Source of the DNA: Eledone cirrhosa
Taxonomy: Eukaryota
Length of the DNA stretch: 64,000 nucleotides
Assembly (NCBI GenBank): GCA_964016885.1
Contig: OZ024746.1
Location: forward strand, 33,170,001-33,234,000
Direction of reading: 5' to 3'
The position numbers and the translations under genes are program-made. How positions within the stretch are numbered: the first letter of the stretch is position 1; every line of letters begins with the position of its first letter. Positions 1-13,400 of the stretch are shown here, one piece after another. The notes beneath the pieces were generated by a model. That model made no database searches. It had not been told where the DNA came from and was given only the letters and a program-made list of their open reading frames with translations.

Positions 1-171
1 AGCCAGATGGACCATAACGCACCAAAGTACTCAATACTTAGAGTAGTAGAGTGAGTAATAGGAACAAGTAGGGCCCCGACGGCGGAAATCAAGCCGTTTC
101 GACGGGTAATTCTGGACTAATTAGCAGTCGAAACGGCTTGAGCTCAGCCGTCGGGGTCCTACTTGTTGCTA
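1..171. mobile_element. Family A short fold-back element carrying the 3' half of a hammerhead motif (Penelope pLTR-like)
   Basis: Arms 59-103 and 127-171 are inverted repeats. GAAA-CGGC-ttgagctca-GCCG-TC-GGGG at about 130-156. Abuts (TA)n. Homologous copies at 15661, 18790, 19002, 19190, 19319 and 25515. Confidence 0.7.
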
Positions 172-387
172 TATATATATATATATATATAATTTGTTTG
201 TTAAAATATATATGTATAAAATATATATATATGTATATATGTATATATATATATATATGTCTTTTTTTCCGTTTGTCATTTTCGGTGCACCCGGCCGATT
301 AACCCACTCGATATGAAAATTGGGCTACTCAGCCGTTAATATGCATAAGGTAAGTATATACGTTCAACAATCTGGCAGGAAGGTATA

Positions 388-442
388 CGTTGCTGACGAT
401 AGCTAATAAGCTTGAAACTAGAACAGCGTTCCTTTGTCAGTG
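388..442 (+). ncRNA. Hammerhead ribozyme motif (type I), family B copy 1
   Basis: CTGACGA (393-399), helix II AGC-TAATAA-GCT, GAAA (414-417), helix III closing at GTC (436-438). Helix I is weak. Confidence 0.6.
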
Positions 443-806
443 TTGATAAACGAGCAACGATGGTTGCTGGACACTACGGCTTAATACGGGATGTTTGTTT
501 AGAAACACACCGAGCATTATAATAAATGTTCGGTGAATCCATACGTACATATATATATGTGTGCATGTATGTATATATATATACATACTACTGTACGTCT
601 GCATACATGTATGTATGTACGTGTACATACTTATATTTAAGTAACAGCCGTACGGGGAATGGAAAATGAAATTTCGTTTCATTTTTTCCGTTTCTCGTTT
701 TCGGTGCACCCGGCCGATTAACCCACGTGATATGCAAATTGGGCTACTTAGCCGTTAATATGCATAAGGTAAGTATATACGTTCAACAATCTGGCAGGAA
801 GGTATA

Positions 807-861
807 CGTTGCTGACGATAGCTAATAAGCTTGAAACTAGTACAGCGTTCCTTTGTCAGTG
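807..861 (+). ncRNA. Hammerhead ribozyme motif (type I), family B copy 2
   Basis: CTGACGA (812-818), GAAA (833-836), GTC (855-857). Same layout as copy 1. Confidence 0.6.
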
Positions 862-1113
862 TTGACAAACGAGCAACGATGGTTGCTGGACACTACGGCT
901 TAATACGGGATGTTTGTTTAGAAACACACCGAGCATTATAATAAATGTTCGGTGAATCCATACGTACATATATATGTGTGCATGTATGTATATATATATA
1001 TATACATACTACTGTACGTCTGTATACATGTAAGTATGCACGTGTACATACTTATATTTAAGTAACAGCCGTACTGTGAGTGGGAAATGAAATTTCGTTT
1101 CATTTTTACCGTT

Positions 1114-1444
<331 letters not shown>

Positions 1445-1622
1445 GTAGGAGGTGAGATTTATTGTAGTACAATAAAGCAATGCAGATATCGGATAAGAAG
1501 CACTCTACAGTTTGTAGGACTGGAGTATACATAATATAAGATCAAAAGATGGTTAAAGGAGTTCCATTGAAATGCGCATAATAAAATACATGGAACTCCT
1601 TTAACCATCTTTTGATCTTATA

Positions 1623-1632
<10 letters not shown>
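1445..1632. repeat. TA-flanked short element with inverted arms
   Basis: About 1527-1567 is the reverse complement of about 1590-1632. Confidence 0.7.
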
Positions 1633-1698
<66 letters not shown>

Positions 1699-1699
1699 C

Positions 1700-1731
<32 letters not shown>

Positions 1732-1803
1732 CATATATTATATATTATATATATAATATTATGATATATATTTTCGCCATAATAATTGTCTTTTTCTCCC
1801 TGT

Positions 1804-1839
<36 letters not shown>

Positions 1840-1853
1840 CATATATTATATAT

Positions 1854-1884
<31 letters not shown>

Positions 1885-2014
1885 ATTCCCTGAAATGAAT
1901 ATATAAATAATTATCTTTCAACATATATGGATTAGTTACACCTCCAACAACCATCCAACGAGATCCCCCCCTCCCCATGCCTTCGTACGTACGTAAACCT
2001 TTAAATTCCAACAT

Positions 2015-2061
<47 letters not shown>

Positions 2062-2087
2062 CACACACACACACGCTCACACACACA

Positions 2088-2149
<62 letters not shown>

Positions 2150-2944
2150 TATATATATATGTACATCCGATTGCTTCTCATGCTCCATGTATGTTTTAGC
2201 TGATGAGGTATTTAAGTAGCAATATTACTCCATCAAATGATAGCTTATAGCTGCCATATGCATTTTTCTTCGAACACAATAAACGCTTGACTGTGGTTAA
2301 GCAATATACTTGTGCAGATATTGACGGTAAATAATGGGTGCGTGAAGTAGTGATGCATTTGTTGTTTTTTGTTACTGTTGCTGTTATTATTATCCCTGGG
2401 TATGAACATAAATACAATGATGATGATGATAACGATAATGGCGATGATTAGCTCCATGATGTTAGCTCTGTATATGATGAGCGTATTGATCCTGAATTGG
2501 AAATTGTAACTGATGCCGAGAACAACGAAAAGGTTTCTCGCTGTGACCATGGAAGTGATGTCAACAAATTTTACTGCCGTGTTTGTATCCGAAACAGCAA
2601 TATCAGCTTTATATTTATAAAGCTGATATTGAGAATTATTATGTTGCTACTGAGGTTGCTGTTTTTGTTGCTGTTTACGTTCCTGACCCTGTTGAGGCTG
2701 ACGTTGTTGATGGCGGTGAGACTGACATCTCTTCCGAACATTTTCATGATGCACTTTTGCTTTGTATATATTATATGAATATATTATAAGAGAATGTTTT
2801 CAGCGGCAACACTTTAATTTTACGATACTCGGTAGCATGTTAGGGAGCTCATATGGCATCAATGAGGTTGCTAGAAATAGAAGTCGAATAATTATATCTC
2901 TAAAGGTAATACATATTTGGAAATATAATTGTGGTAGAAAAGGC

Positions 2945-3106
2945 AGCGAATCATCGGCAGAGCAGTTAGAAAGTCGGATAGAATGCTTTGCAGCATAGCA
3001 TTCATTCTTGCTCTTTGCTCTTTGTGTTCAAATCTGGCCAAAGTCAGCTTTGCCTTTCTTCATTTCGAGGTCGATAAAATGTACCTGTCCAGTATTGGAG
3101 TCGATT
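2945..3106 (+). mobile_element. Degenerate tRNA-derived SINE
   Basis: GTTCAAATC B-box followed by 'ctttgcctttc..catttcgaggtcgataaaatgtacc', matching the younger copies in the window. Confidence 0.7.
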
Positions 3107-3509
3107 CCTCCTTTATATCTCTTCCTCAATTCCATTCTGTCACTCTCTCTATCCTTCTCTGGAAGAAATTTGCTCTGACCTGGAGAGGGATTGGTTCCAC
3201 TATACTTAATTTTAAGAATCGATGTATACCACTACGACGCCAACACAACCCCGTTAGAAGTTACGGGATAAAAGAAATGAAAGAATTGCAGAAAGGCTAC
3301 GAATAAATTATAGACAGGACAGTCTGAAATAGACTCAGGACAAAGTTGTTAATAAACAATAACAGCAATGTCCTACATTCTTTGGTAATTCTGTATATTT
3401 GGGAAGCTCTAGGATAACCGAAATATTGTGTCTGGTATTTATATAAAAAAAAAAAAAACAATGAATTTGGAATAATTACAATATTCTTCTCTATTTTTTC
3501 TTTGTCCAC

Positions 3510-3900
3510 TTATTCCTGAGAGGTAGTGGGTGCAGTCTTCAAACACTCCTTCCAGCGGGGCCTGTCAAAAGCAGCTGTCTCCAATTGATTTGACAGAAAT
3601 CCGAAGCGAGACAGCCGAGCTTATGGATAATATCCAAGCATCTTACTCGGGGTCTATCCCTGGATCTCCTACAGGCTGGTTTTGCCCGTAAAATCTATCA
3701 AGGAATTCTTTTCTGAGACATTCTAACGATATTCACGTAATATCGGAGCTTTGGTCACCCAATGGAGAGAGGTAGCGGCTTTACCTGGAGCGACATTCTG
3801 ATCTCTGAGTTACGCACTCTATGGAGTAACGTTACTCCAAAGACTCTTCAGAAGAACCATATTTCAGCCGCTTGTAATCGCGATCGTATTATTTCAGTAT
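3510..3900 (-). mobile_element. RTE-clade (Rex3/Expander-like) LINE 3' fragment, degenerate
   Basis: Minus-strand translation TEIIRSRLQAAEIWFF*RVFGVTLLHRVRNSEIR...RRSRDRPRVRCLD...FDRPRWKECLK resembles the RTE C-terminus. Contains stop codons. Confidence 0.8.
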
Positions 3901-5214
3901 TATTTCATTGAGATTCATGTCCATATGGAAATAATGCGGTTCCAGATCCGCATATCTTTGTTGAGGAATCTCCCAACTATATCTAGCCGGTAGTATCTTG
4001 CCTCCTACCCTAATTGCTGCTCCCTAACTATAAGGCTTTTTATATTCCAGTTGCTAATCGTCAAGGGATGCTCACTTCTGGACCCTCATTGGAGTCTTGG
4101 GATACCCAACATTTGACATCCATATCTCGTCTCACAGGAGAGGTTGCAGATAAATCGTCAAGCATTGTATAGTTTTAAGTGAATTTATTTGTATCCTGAA
4201 GTGGATTTTCGTTGAGAATACAGGGAATAACGGTTAAAAGCTAATTATTCTATTTGCTATTTTATGGTATTACTTGCAGAGGATCTCATCCGGTGTTCTT
4301 CAATGCACACTATTCTATTTTCGGTATATATAGTATTAATATTATACAATTCAGTAAATGAATTTGTGAATCGTTTAAACTGAATCTTTATAGATTTTAA
4401 AGGAAATAATAGCAACAGTCCATTTGCTATTGAGGAACTAAAAAAAGGCATAAGTGAGTCTGTTCAATTTGAAGTCAAAGCATAGACGACAAAATCACAT
4501 GCAATATACATAGTCGACAAAATTGCACTGTAAACATAATTTTGGAAGCGTAGGTACTGACAAATGAAAGCAAGGCAATTACGGTAAACGTTGTTAGACC
4601 CATTTCCAAGGATCAAATCTACCAAGTGGAATAAAACAATTAGAATAATATAAAATTTATAAAATTATTAACTCTAGCGATGAAGACATTTTGAACACAA
4701 CAAATCAATATACTAAGAAAAGAAATAAAATTTACCACAAACCACCTGAGATCTAATTATAATGAAATTAAAACAACGTTTCAGAATTCTGTAGAAAATT
4801 ACTGCTCACGTGAGAATTGTTTTTATAAGGATGACGATGATAAATTACTTGTTAGACACAATAGTAACGATTCTTCCTGAAAAGTAGGAATAAAACAATT
4901 CATGATTTTTGTTACAGCATTCGAAATTTCCACAGAGAATTAAATCAAAGTTCTACACCGCCGAATGTGAAAATCTAACTGAAAAATGATAACGAATCGA
5001 CAATTTAACAATCCAATGAAGGGGTGTAGTTCTGTTGAGGGATACTGAGTATTATAAGAATTTTGTTATTAGTGAGCGTTTTGATGTTGAAATGAAAATG
5101 ATTTTCCGGTCGCAGTAGAACGTTATTTAATTTTCGGTTGGTGGGTCTCGCAGCATACTGTAATATCTACCACTGTTGCGGAGGAAAACGTAGGATAGTT
5201 TGTTGTGGTTTACA

Positions 5215-5485
5215 ATAGTAATAGCTACATCTACCTTTACACATGCGCAGACCTGTTGGTGTGAATTGAAGCTCGCAGGAGAGCGGGCATTGCTGTTTTG
5301 TCCGTTCCCTTGTCACTTCAATTTTGGATTACCTCCTTGATTGTAACCTTACTATGAAAGAAGCTGTCTGATGCGATCATGGCACTGGGTACTATGCCGA
5401 ATCACATGGCCACTGTCGTCATCGAAATATGTATCACAGCCTTATCACTAAAGGACTTTATCATCTAAACTACTTTGTATTTCCT

Positions 5486-5490
<5 letters not shown>
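5215..5490 (+). mobile_element. Family I HHR-bearing short element (old copy)
   Basis: Homologous to 35771-36712 and 63016-63400. GCTGT-CTGATGC-...-GAAA-TATGTA-TC-ACAGC at 5363-5440 (A9 altered). Confidence 0.7.
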
Positions 5491-5576
<86 letters not shown>

Positions 5577-5579
<3 letters not shown>

Positions 5580-5676
5580 GGTGTCCCCCCAAATGTAGAC
5601 ACATTTTGATTATCTATACAGGCAACATTTATTATAATGCTATTGAAGTGTGTATACATTCTTTTGGAACACCCCG
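5577..5676. mobile_element. Tc1/mariner-type MITE
   Basis: TA|CAGGGTGTCCCC ... GGAACACCCCG|TA: terminal inverted repeats with a TA target. Confidence 0.7.
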
Positions 5677-5686
5677 TAAATATTTA

Positions 5687-5768
5687 CAGGGTGTCCCCAA
5701 AACAGCATTCTAATAAATATTGCCTGTACAGGTAATAAGAGTGTGTATACATGTTTTGGGTCACACTG
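5687..5768. mobile_element. Tc1/mariner-type MITE, same family, opposite orientation
   Basis: TA|CAGGGTGTCCCCAAAA ... TTTTGGGTCACACTG|TA. Internal sequence is the reverse complement of the neighbouring MITE. Confidence 0.65.
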
Positions 5769-6585
5769 TATATATCCTTCAGTCATCATTCTGATGCATT
5801 GTACACCCGCAGTGAAGGCAACTAATTATAGACCTCATGTTACTTATAGATATAAATATGTATGAATAAAATATGTATGAATGAAGTATTGGAGTGTTAA
5901 CAAACTGATTTCTCCTGCAAGTTTGTGCTTATTAAATGCATAAAGCAAAATTATTTCTCTTAACTTCATGTTGCATTCATCTGTGTCTTTTCACACTGAA
6001 TCCATAGCATTAAGTATAAGTTATGTTCTAAAGTTGACATATCCTTCTAAATTGTGACGAAAAATAAAAATCAGTATCGTTTACTTGTAGTGTTGGTGAA
6101 ACATATAGAACGTTGGATTAATATAGAATTTAGCTTATTTTATGTTATAAAATATTACATTATTACTTGCTTGATGATTGTTAATACCCGTTTTGATTAT
6201 AATAAAGAAACGCAGTTTGTCGCACTTGCGTTCGATGGGTTACAGCTTGTAAGAATAACCTGTAAAATATAATGTATATAGTATATATTAGCATCATGTT
6301 CCAGCTAGATCTGAAATGGTGGCACTCGGAGATATTTTGTTTAATACATGAATGTAAACTGGAAACCACAGCTTGTTGTAGCCGTTTTAAAAAAATATGC
6401 CTTTAATGAATTTATTGATTTTTGAATTGCATTTCCGAAAATTTTTTCAAAGTCTGCTAACAACATTAATTACTATGAAAGTAATAAATATTTTAAAATT
6501 AATGAATGTATTTATGTACATTTGATTTTAGATAATTTCAAGAACATAACTTATTTAGTTTCTTAAATTAATTTAATTATTATTC

Positions 6586-6640
<55 letters not shown>

Positions 6641-6667
6641 TAAACATATTTTATATATAAATATATA

Positions 6668-6725
<58 letters not shown>

Positions 6726-7035
6726 TATTTATTAAAATAACAGATTAAAGTTTATATATATAGTACGGCGTTTCGTTCAAACGTGGTATATTAAAGACTC
6801 GACTGTTTCTAGTTTTCTCAGACTTTTGCATTCTTTCATATTTATATACATGATTAGTTTATTGCAGTAACGTTCTTAAGTCCATTAAAATATCAAGTCT
6901 TTTTCAGCCTCGTCTACTGAAGAAAATGGTATTAATATTGCGTCTTGCCGTGTTCAATAGAAGATAGGAAGAAAATATATGTATGATGTTAGAACTGATA
7001 AATACAAATTTTAAAGTAAACATGGAAATCACGAT

Positions 7036-7083
<48 letters not shown>

Positions 7084-7159
7084 AGAGATAGAAAGAGAGG
7101 AAGAATGTGTGAGAAGGAGAGCGAAGGTATAAACCGGATCGCGATGCCAAGGGATTTAG

Positions 7160-7470
7160 ATGTGTACCTAGGTTGTCTATCCTAGTATTTTATCCACTGT
7201 TTCGAAGCTCATTTGGAACACTGGTTGGAGAATGTTTCTTACCTCCGTCGTCGCAGTTTTATGAAGTTCACTCGGGAGCGTTTCAAAGGCATGCCTGGTA
7301 AACTGAACAAAATGTTTTTCTTTGTCAGGAAAGGTTGACTGGACACTGTCAAATGAGCCGGGATCTTATCTTGTTGCAGGTGCTAATTTTGCGAAGCCCC
7401 CCAGTTGCTTTCATTTGCGCCAAACTGCATCACGGTGTCGGAGGAATTACTGATGGTTCTTCATCGTAAC
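7160..7470 (-). mobile_element. Degenerate mariner transposase fragment
   Basis: Minus-strand peptides RHRDAVWRK*..HLQQDKIPAHLTVSSQPFLTKKNI resemble mariner RDAVRRKR..LHHDNAPAH..FLAKKNI. Frameshifts and stops present. Confidence 0.55.
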
Positions 7471-7989
7471 TGTTCCTCATTATGCTGTTTAGGAAAGAAA
7501 ATGTCACGGGGGTTTTTAATCAGAATTTAAATTGGGATAATGAACGACAATTATGTTCTTAAAATTATTCCTTTACGAGTTTTGACATTCAACGCATTCA
7601 TTACTATTCATGCAATTTGGATTTTCCATTCAATACGATATTTTTCTTTCAATAAGTGCACAGTTTTTAATTAAATGAGTAATTTATAAGAAACATTTGT
7701 TGTACCATCGTTTCTATATGTTTGGAAATGAGCATTTGATTGCATAAATGAAGGGCCATATATCTTCTTCAAAATGGAAGTTAGAAAATATGCATTGTTG
7801 TTAAGACTAAGGTGATTTATGAGTACTCTCTTAATACATGGTGTAATAAGGACTACAGTTTCATTTCCTGTGGTTTGAGGAAAATTTGGTCGCAATTATA
7901 GCATTTAAAGCAACGAAGTAAATCTCGTATTTAATACGTCTGTTTTCTGGTTATTAAATCTTATGGCCATGTGTGTCTCACGCTAAAAT

Positions 7990-8750
7990 ATAGTGTTCTT
8001 ATATATGTTTGGGGATTTTAGAGCAAGATGTTATTTTTCACGGATAAATCAAAGAAAAGGTTAGAGTGATATATTTAAAAAGAGTAAAAATGATTTTAAA
8101 ATTCAACTTGAATACTAGAATTCTGGTCACTGTAATGAATATCTCGGCAGTTGAAGTGGTTAGATATAGTGTATCCATTCTCAGTTGGACTGAAGAAGAA
8201 ATATCAAAATTAGATAGAAAGGCGAGAAAGCTCATGACATTATCCCGAACTTTACATCCTAAAACAAATATTAATAGACTATACATGAAAAAAAGAATGG
8301 TGGCAGAGGCCTTATCAGTGTGGATCATTGTAAAAGGAGTGAAAAGAGAACGCTTGCAGAATATTTGGTTAACAATGTCGAAGAGTTGTAATGTGCATCA
8401 GAAGTTATGGGCATAAATGCTGTAAAAATAGTTGTAAAGGAAGATTTTAACCAGAGAGCTGAAGAGAAAAGAAGTAATCTTCTAGGGATGAGAATACATG
8501 TTCAATTTGAAAGAAACATACAGAATATTAAGGACAAAAAGTTATCCCAGACATAGCTTAAGCAAAGGGATTTGAAACATGCCACTGAAAGATCAAGACA
8601 AAGCTCTTGCTACTAATTCGATGTATTATAACATCTAAAAAACGTCTGACCCCTAGACATGCATGCTCTGTGGAAAGAATCTGGAAAATATGACCCTCTT
8701 AAAAAGTAGGTGTGAGAGTCTTGCCCAAAGGGATTAGCACATGATCATTG
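7990..8750 (+). mobile_element. Degenerate R4/Dong-like LINE fragment (region after the RT domain)
   Basis: ORF 8066-8416 (YLKRVKMILKFNLN..AVEVVRYSVSILSW..LDRKARKLMT..LHPKTNINRLY) aligns by eye with the intact ORF at 10518-13910. Confidence 0.85.
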
Positions 8751-8776
8751 CTTATTTAAAAAAAAATTAGCGTGGC

Positions 8777-9134
8777 TAAAGGGATGTTTATTATACAGAA
8801 ACATTTCTTATATGCTTCAATATATAACCCTTGCTACGTTTTACGCTATTTCAGAGCACTGCTTATTTATTCGAGCCGGCCAGTTTTCATTCTGTATGCA
8901 AATAAACATAATCCGCCGATGTTCATAAGAAAACCCTATTAGCTTTGAACATACTTTGTCTTAACAACGAAAGAATAAGCATCTCTTATTGGGGATAAAA
9001 AATCCAGAATCGTTACCGTCAGAGTGTTCTCCCTTTGTTGATAGGAATAACAGTGGCATGTGACAGCTTATTACAAAACCATACCGATGATAAAAGGGAT
9101 GTTTATTATACATACAAATTTCGTATATGCTTCC

Positions 9135-9137
<3 letters not shown>
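8777..9137 (+). mobile_element. TA-terminated short element with a duplicated 3' tail
   Basis: 'aaagggatgtttattataca...tatatgcttc' at about 8778 and 9093. Possible decayed HHR at 8911-8996. Confidence 0.45.
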
Positions 9138-9202
<65 letters not shown>

Positions 9203-9304
9203 GTAACCATATAAATATGTAGATACAAACGCGTCCCGCGAATGCCAGCTCATATATGCGTATAGGTATGTATGTATGTATGTATGGTTGTATGTATGCA
9301 TGTA

Positions 9305-9351
<47 letters not shown>

Positions 9352-9620
9352 GCGTGTGTGCGTGTGTGTGTGTGTGTGTATGAATATCACTTTACATATG
9401 ATGAAATGAAATTCGACTGTATTTGTCGCCATGTTTCTACACATGAGTGCTCTTAGAAGGCAATATATGCAAAAGTCGATATTGATGTTATCATTATTGA
9501 CTCAGTTGATGTGACAAACATTGATAGATCGGACATTTTATTTATAGTTCTACAACACGTCAGTATTTTCATTTTATTATATATCTTTCTCTTCCTCTCC
9601 TTACCAACACACGCACGCGA

Positions 9621-10014
<394 letters not shown>

Positions 10015-10207
10015 CATACGTGTGTGTGGATGTGTAAGGGCTGTGTGTGAGAGTATATACATACTAACAAATGTTCACACATAATGTAATAGGTATATCC
10101 ATGTATTCATTCATATTTATATATACATGTATGTATATAAACAGACACACATAAATATAATTGTGTATAGTTGCGATTTTAATAGTTCTTCTATCCTACT
10201 CATGCCC

Positions 10208-10366
10208 TTCTTCTTCTTCTTCTTCTTCTTCTTCTTCTTCTTCTTCTTCTTCTTCTTCTTCTTCTTCTTCTTCTTCTTCTTCTTCTTCTTCTTCTTCTTC
10301 TTCTTCTTCTTCTTCTTCTTCTTCTTCTTCTTCTTCTTCTTCTTCTTCTTCTTCTTCTTCTTCTTC
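10208..10366. repeat. (TTC)n microsatellite
   Basis: Perfect trinucleotide run. Confidence 0.97.
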
Positions 10367-10444
10367 TCATAATTTTTACGATTAGTAGTAGTTGTAATCG
10401 TAATAGTAGTGGTATCATTATCATTATTATTGTTATTGTTATTC

Positions 10445-13400
10445 CTTGAATCTCAGTCATTGATGTTGGTTAACTGGAAAGTCCGTTGGATTGAATATCA
10501 AACCACTACCTGCAGCCTCAGATATTCAGGACGTATCGGAGGGTTCTTGCTGTTCCAAGCAAGCATGCCTTTTGAAGCGTTCCAAAAAGCGTGAAGGGGC
10601 CGATTTTCTTTAACCATCCCTGGAAACCTTTGGAGATAGTCCCCAGTGCGCCTATGACAATCGGGATCACTTTGACTTCATGGCAGTTCCAAATCCTTTT
10701 CACCTCCCACTTTAGGTCCTGGTATCGGTTAATTTTCTCCCTCTCCTTCTCTTGCACTCTCGTGTCGAACGGGCAGGCCACATCCACAATCAGGCACGAT
10801 CTTTTTTCTTTGTCCACAACCACCAGGTCAGGTCTATTGTGTTCCAGTTTTTTGTCCGTCTGTATCCTAAAATCCCACAGCACCTTCACCTGACTGTTCT
10901 CCATCACCGCCTCTGGCCTATGCTCATACCATTTCTCAGAATGTGGTAGATTGTTTACTTTGCACAGGTGCCAGTGGATCACTCTGCCCATCACATCGTG
11001 TCTCCAGCCCTTATAGTGGGTCTGGGCTAGGTGTTTACCCTCGGACACAATGTGAGCCACAGTCTCCTCTCTCTCTCCACAGATCCTGCACAGTGGGCTA
11101 GCCTCCTCCTTGTAGATATGGTGCTTCAACCACTTCGTTTTGAGGGCCTGCTCCTGCGCAGCCATTAGCATTCCTTCTGTAGCCTTTTTGAGGTCTCCTC
11201 TTCTCAACCAGTTCCATGTCTGTGGATCTCTAAATTCAGTTTTCTCAAAGAAGGTACTATGAAGGGATTTTCCCTTAAGGCTGCTCTTCCTCCTTGATGT
11301 TATTTCCTCCTTGGATATCCCCTGGCCTACTGTCCCCTCCTTCAGTACAGCTCTGAGCATTGGCTCCTTACTATAGGTCACGTATTTGTATAGGTTGTTT
11401 TTCTCCATCTGAACACAGTCCTCTATGCTGATAAGACCTCTTCCACCCTCAGATCTCCTTAGGTAGAGTCTATCGACATCACTCCTCTTGTGGAACATGT
11501 TGTAGATAGTCAATAGCTTCCTAGTCTTCCTATCCATTTCTTTTTGTTCAGCAACATTCCATCTCAGAATTCCCGCACTGTACCTAATAATAGACACAGC
11601 TCGGGAATTTACTGCGCTTATGGCATTTCTGCTGTTCAGATGTGACTTCAATACGCTCCTTACTCTCCGAATGTATTCAGTTCTTAACAATTCCTTCATT
11701 TTTTTGTTCTTTATGCCATCAGCCTCCAGAACGCCAAAATACTTGTATCCTTCCTCAGAGTCAATTTCCTTTATCATCTCACCTGTTGGTATCTGGATCC
11801 CGTTACCTCTGCTCAACCTACCCCTCTTCATCACAATGACTCCACATTTACCAATACCAAACTGCATACATATATCATTGCTGAAAATACGGACAGTGTC
11901 AACAAGCACATCCAACTCCTTCTCACTTTTCCCGAAGAGCTTAAGATCGTCCATGAAGAGGAGGTGATTGATGGTAAGCTCTCCCCTTCCCAACTTGTAT
12001 CCTGCTCTCACTTTTCGCAGCATAATGGTCAAGGGCATCAGGGCAAGGACAAACAACAGAGGGGACAGGCTATCTCCCTGGAAGATACCTCTCTTGATCT
12101 TCACGCTTCCCAAGGATACTCCAGTTGATGTCAACTCTGTCTCCCAGGACCCCATACTCCTGCCCAGCAACTGTCTGATGTTATCTGCCACCCTGAAGAT
12201 CTCCAGGCTTTTGGTGATCCAGGAATGAGGCACCATGTCAAATGCCTTTCTGTAGTCTATCCATCCCATGGCAAGATCAGTGTGTCTCCTCCTGCAATTC
12301 CCCATTACCATCTTATCAATAAGCAACTGGTCCTTTGTACCACGTGACTTCTTTCGGCATCCTTTCTGTTCGTCCGGTAACAAGTTGTTTGTGTGGAGGT
12401 GATGGTAGATTTCCTCAGACACAATGCTCGTCAACAGTTTCCACATTACGGGCAGACATGTGATAGGTCTATAGTTGGTAACATCATTACCCTTGATTCG
12501 GTCTTTCATTATCAGAACTGTGGTACCTTTTGTCAACCACTCTGGCACCTCACCCGACACCAAGCAGTCATTGAACATGGCCGTCAGCTTCGGGTGGAGG
12601 GATGTTAAATGTTTAATCCAATACCCCTGCACACCATCTGGGCCTGGTGATTTCCAGTTGGTTAGTTTTTTGGCTTGCCCCTTAAGAGTTTCAACTGTGA
12701 TACTCAAATCAGTCTGTTGCTGTGCCTGCTCACCGATCTCCCTCTGTACTGTCTCAATCCACCCTGCCTGGGCATTGTGTCTAACATCCTGCTCCCATAT
12801 TCCTCTCCAGAATGTTTTAGCTTGTTCCGCCCCAGGGATCAAGTCGTTGCCTCTTTCTTTCCCCTCAAGCTGTCCAAACAGCATCTTCTGGTTGTTGTCG
12901 AACATGCGGTTCTGTTTATACTGACTGACTCTGTTCTCGTATCGCCTGATTTTGGCACTCTTTGCTACAATGCGTTGCTTCAATTCCTCTATGATAATAT
13001 TTAGCTTTTTACTCCTAGTTTTGTATTTTATTTCCAGTCTATTTTTAGTGCCTATGTTTTTTAGTGTCCCATTCAGTAGTGACTCAAGCTTTCCTATGTC
13101 ATTTCTCATTTCCCCGATTTGCCCACTCAGTCGCTTCTTCCACCACGGCTCTGCTCTTTCTTGTCTGTTGTTTCCTCTCGCTTTTATACCAAGTAGTTTC
13201 CTCACCGTATTTGCTGTTGCTTTGAGGATATTGTTGCACTGGTGAAGACTCCTCGCCTCAAGGTATGGGATGACTTTGTTTACCTTAGCTGTTGTTTCTT
13301 TTAACTTTTTCCTGTCTACAAATCTTAGGTTCATAGGTCTCTCACTATCATTGTTCAACTCATCTACCACTAAATTTAGGATGTCAACCGAATCTTGTCC

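Larger units (their letters stand above)
258..1113 (+). mobile_element. Family B tandem dimer (period 419 bp), retrozyme-like or Penelope pLTR-like
   Basis: Two highly similar copies in direct orientation, each with an HHR motif, flanked on both sides by (TA)n. Confidence 0.75.
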
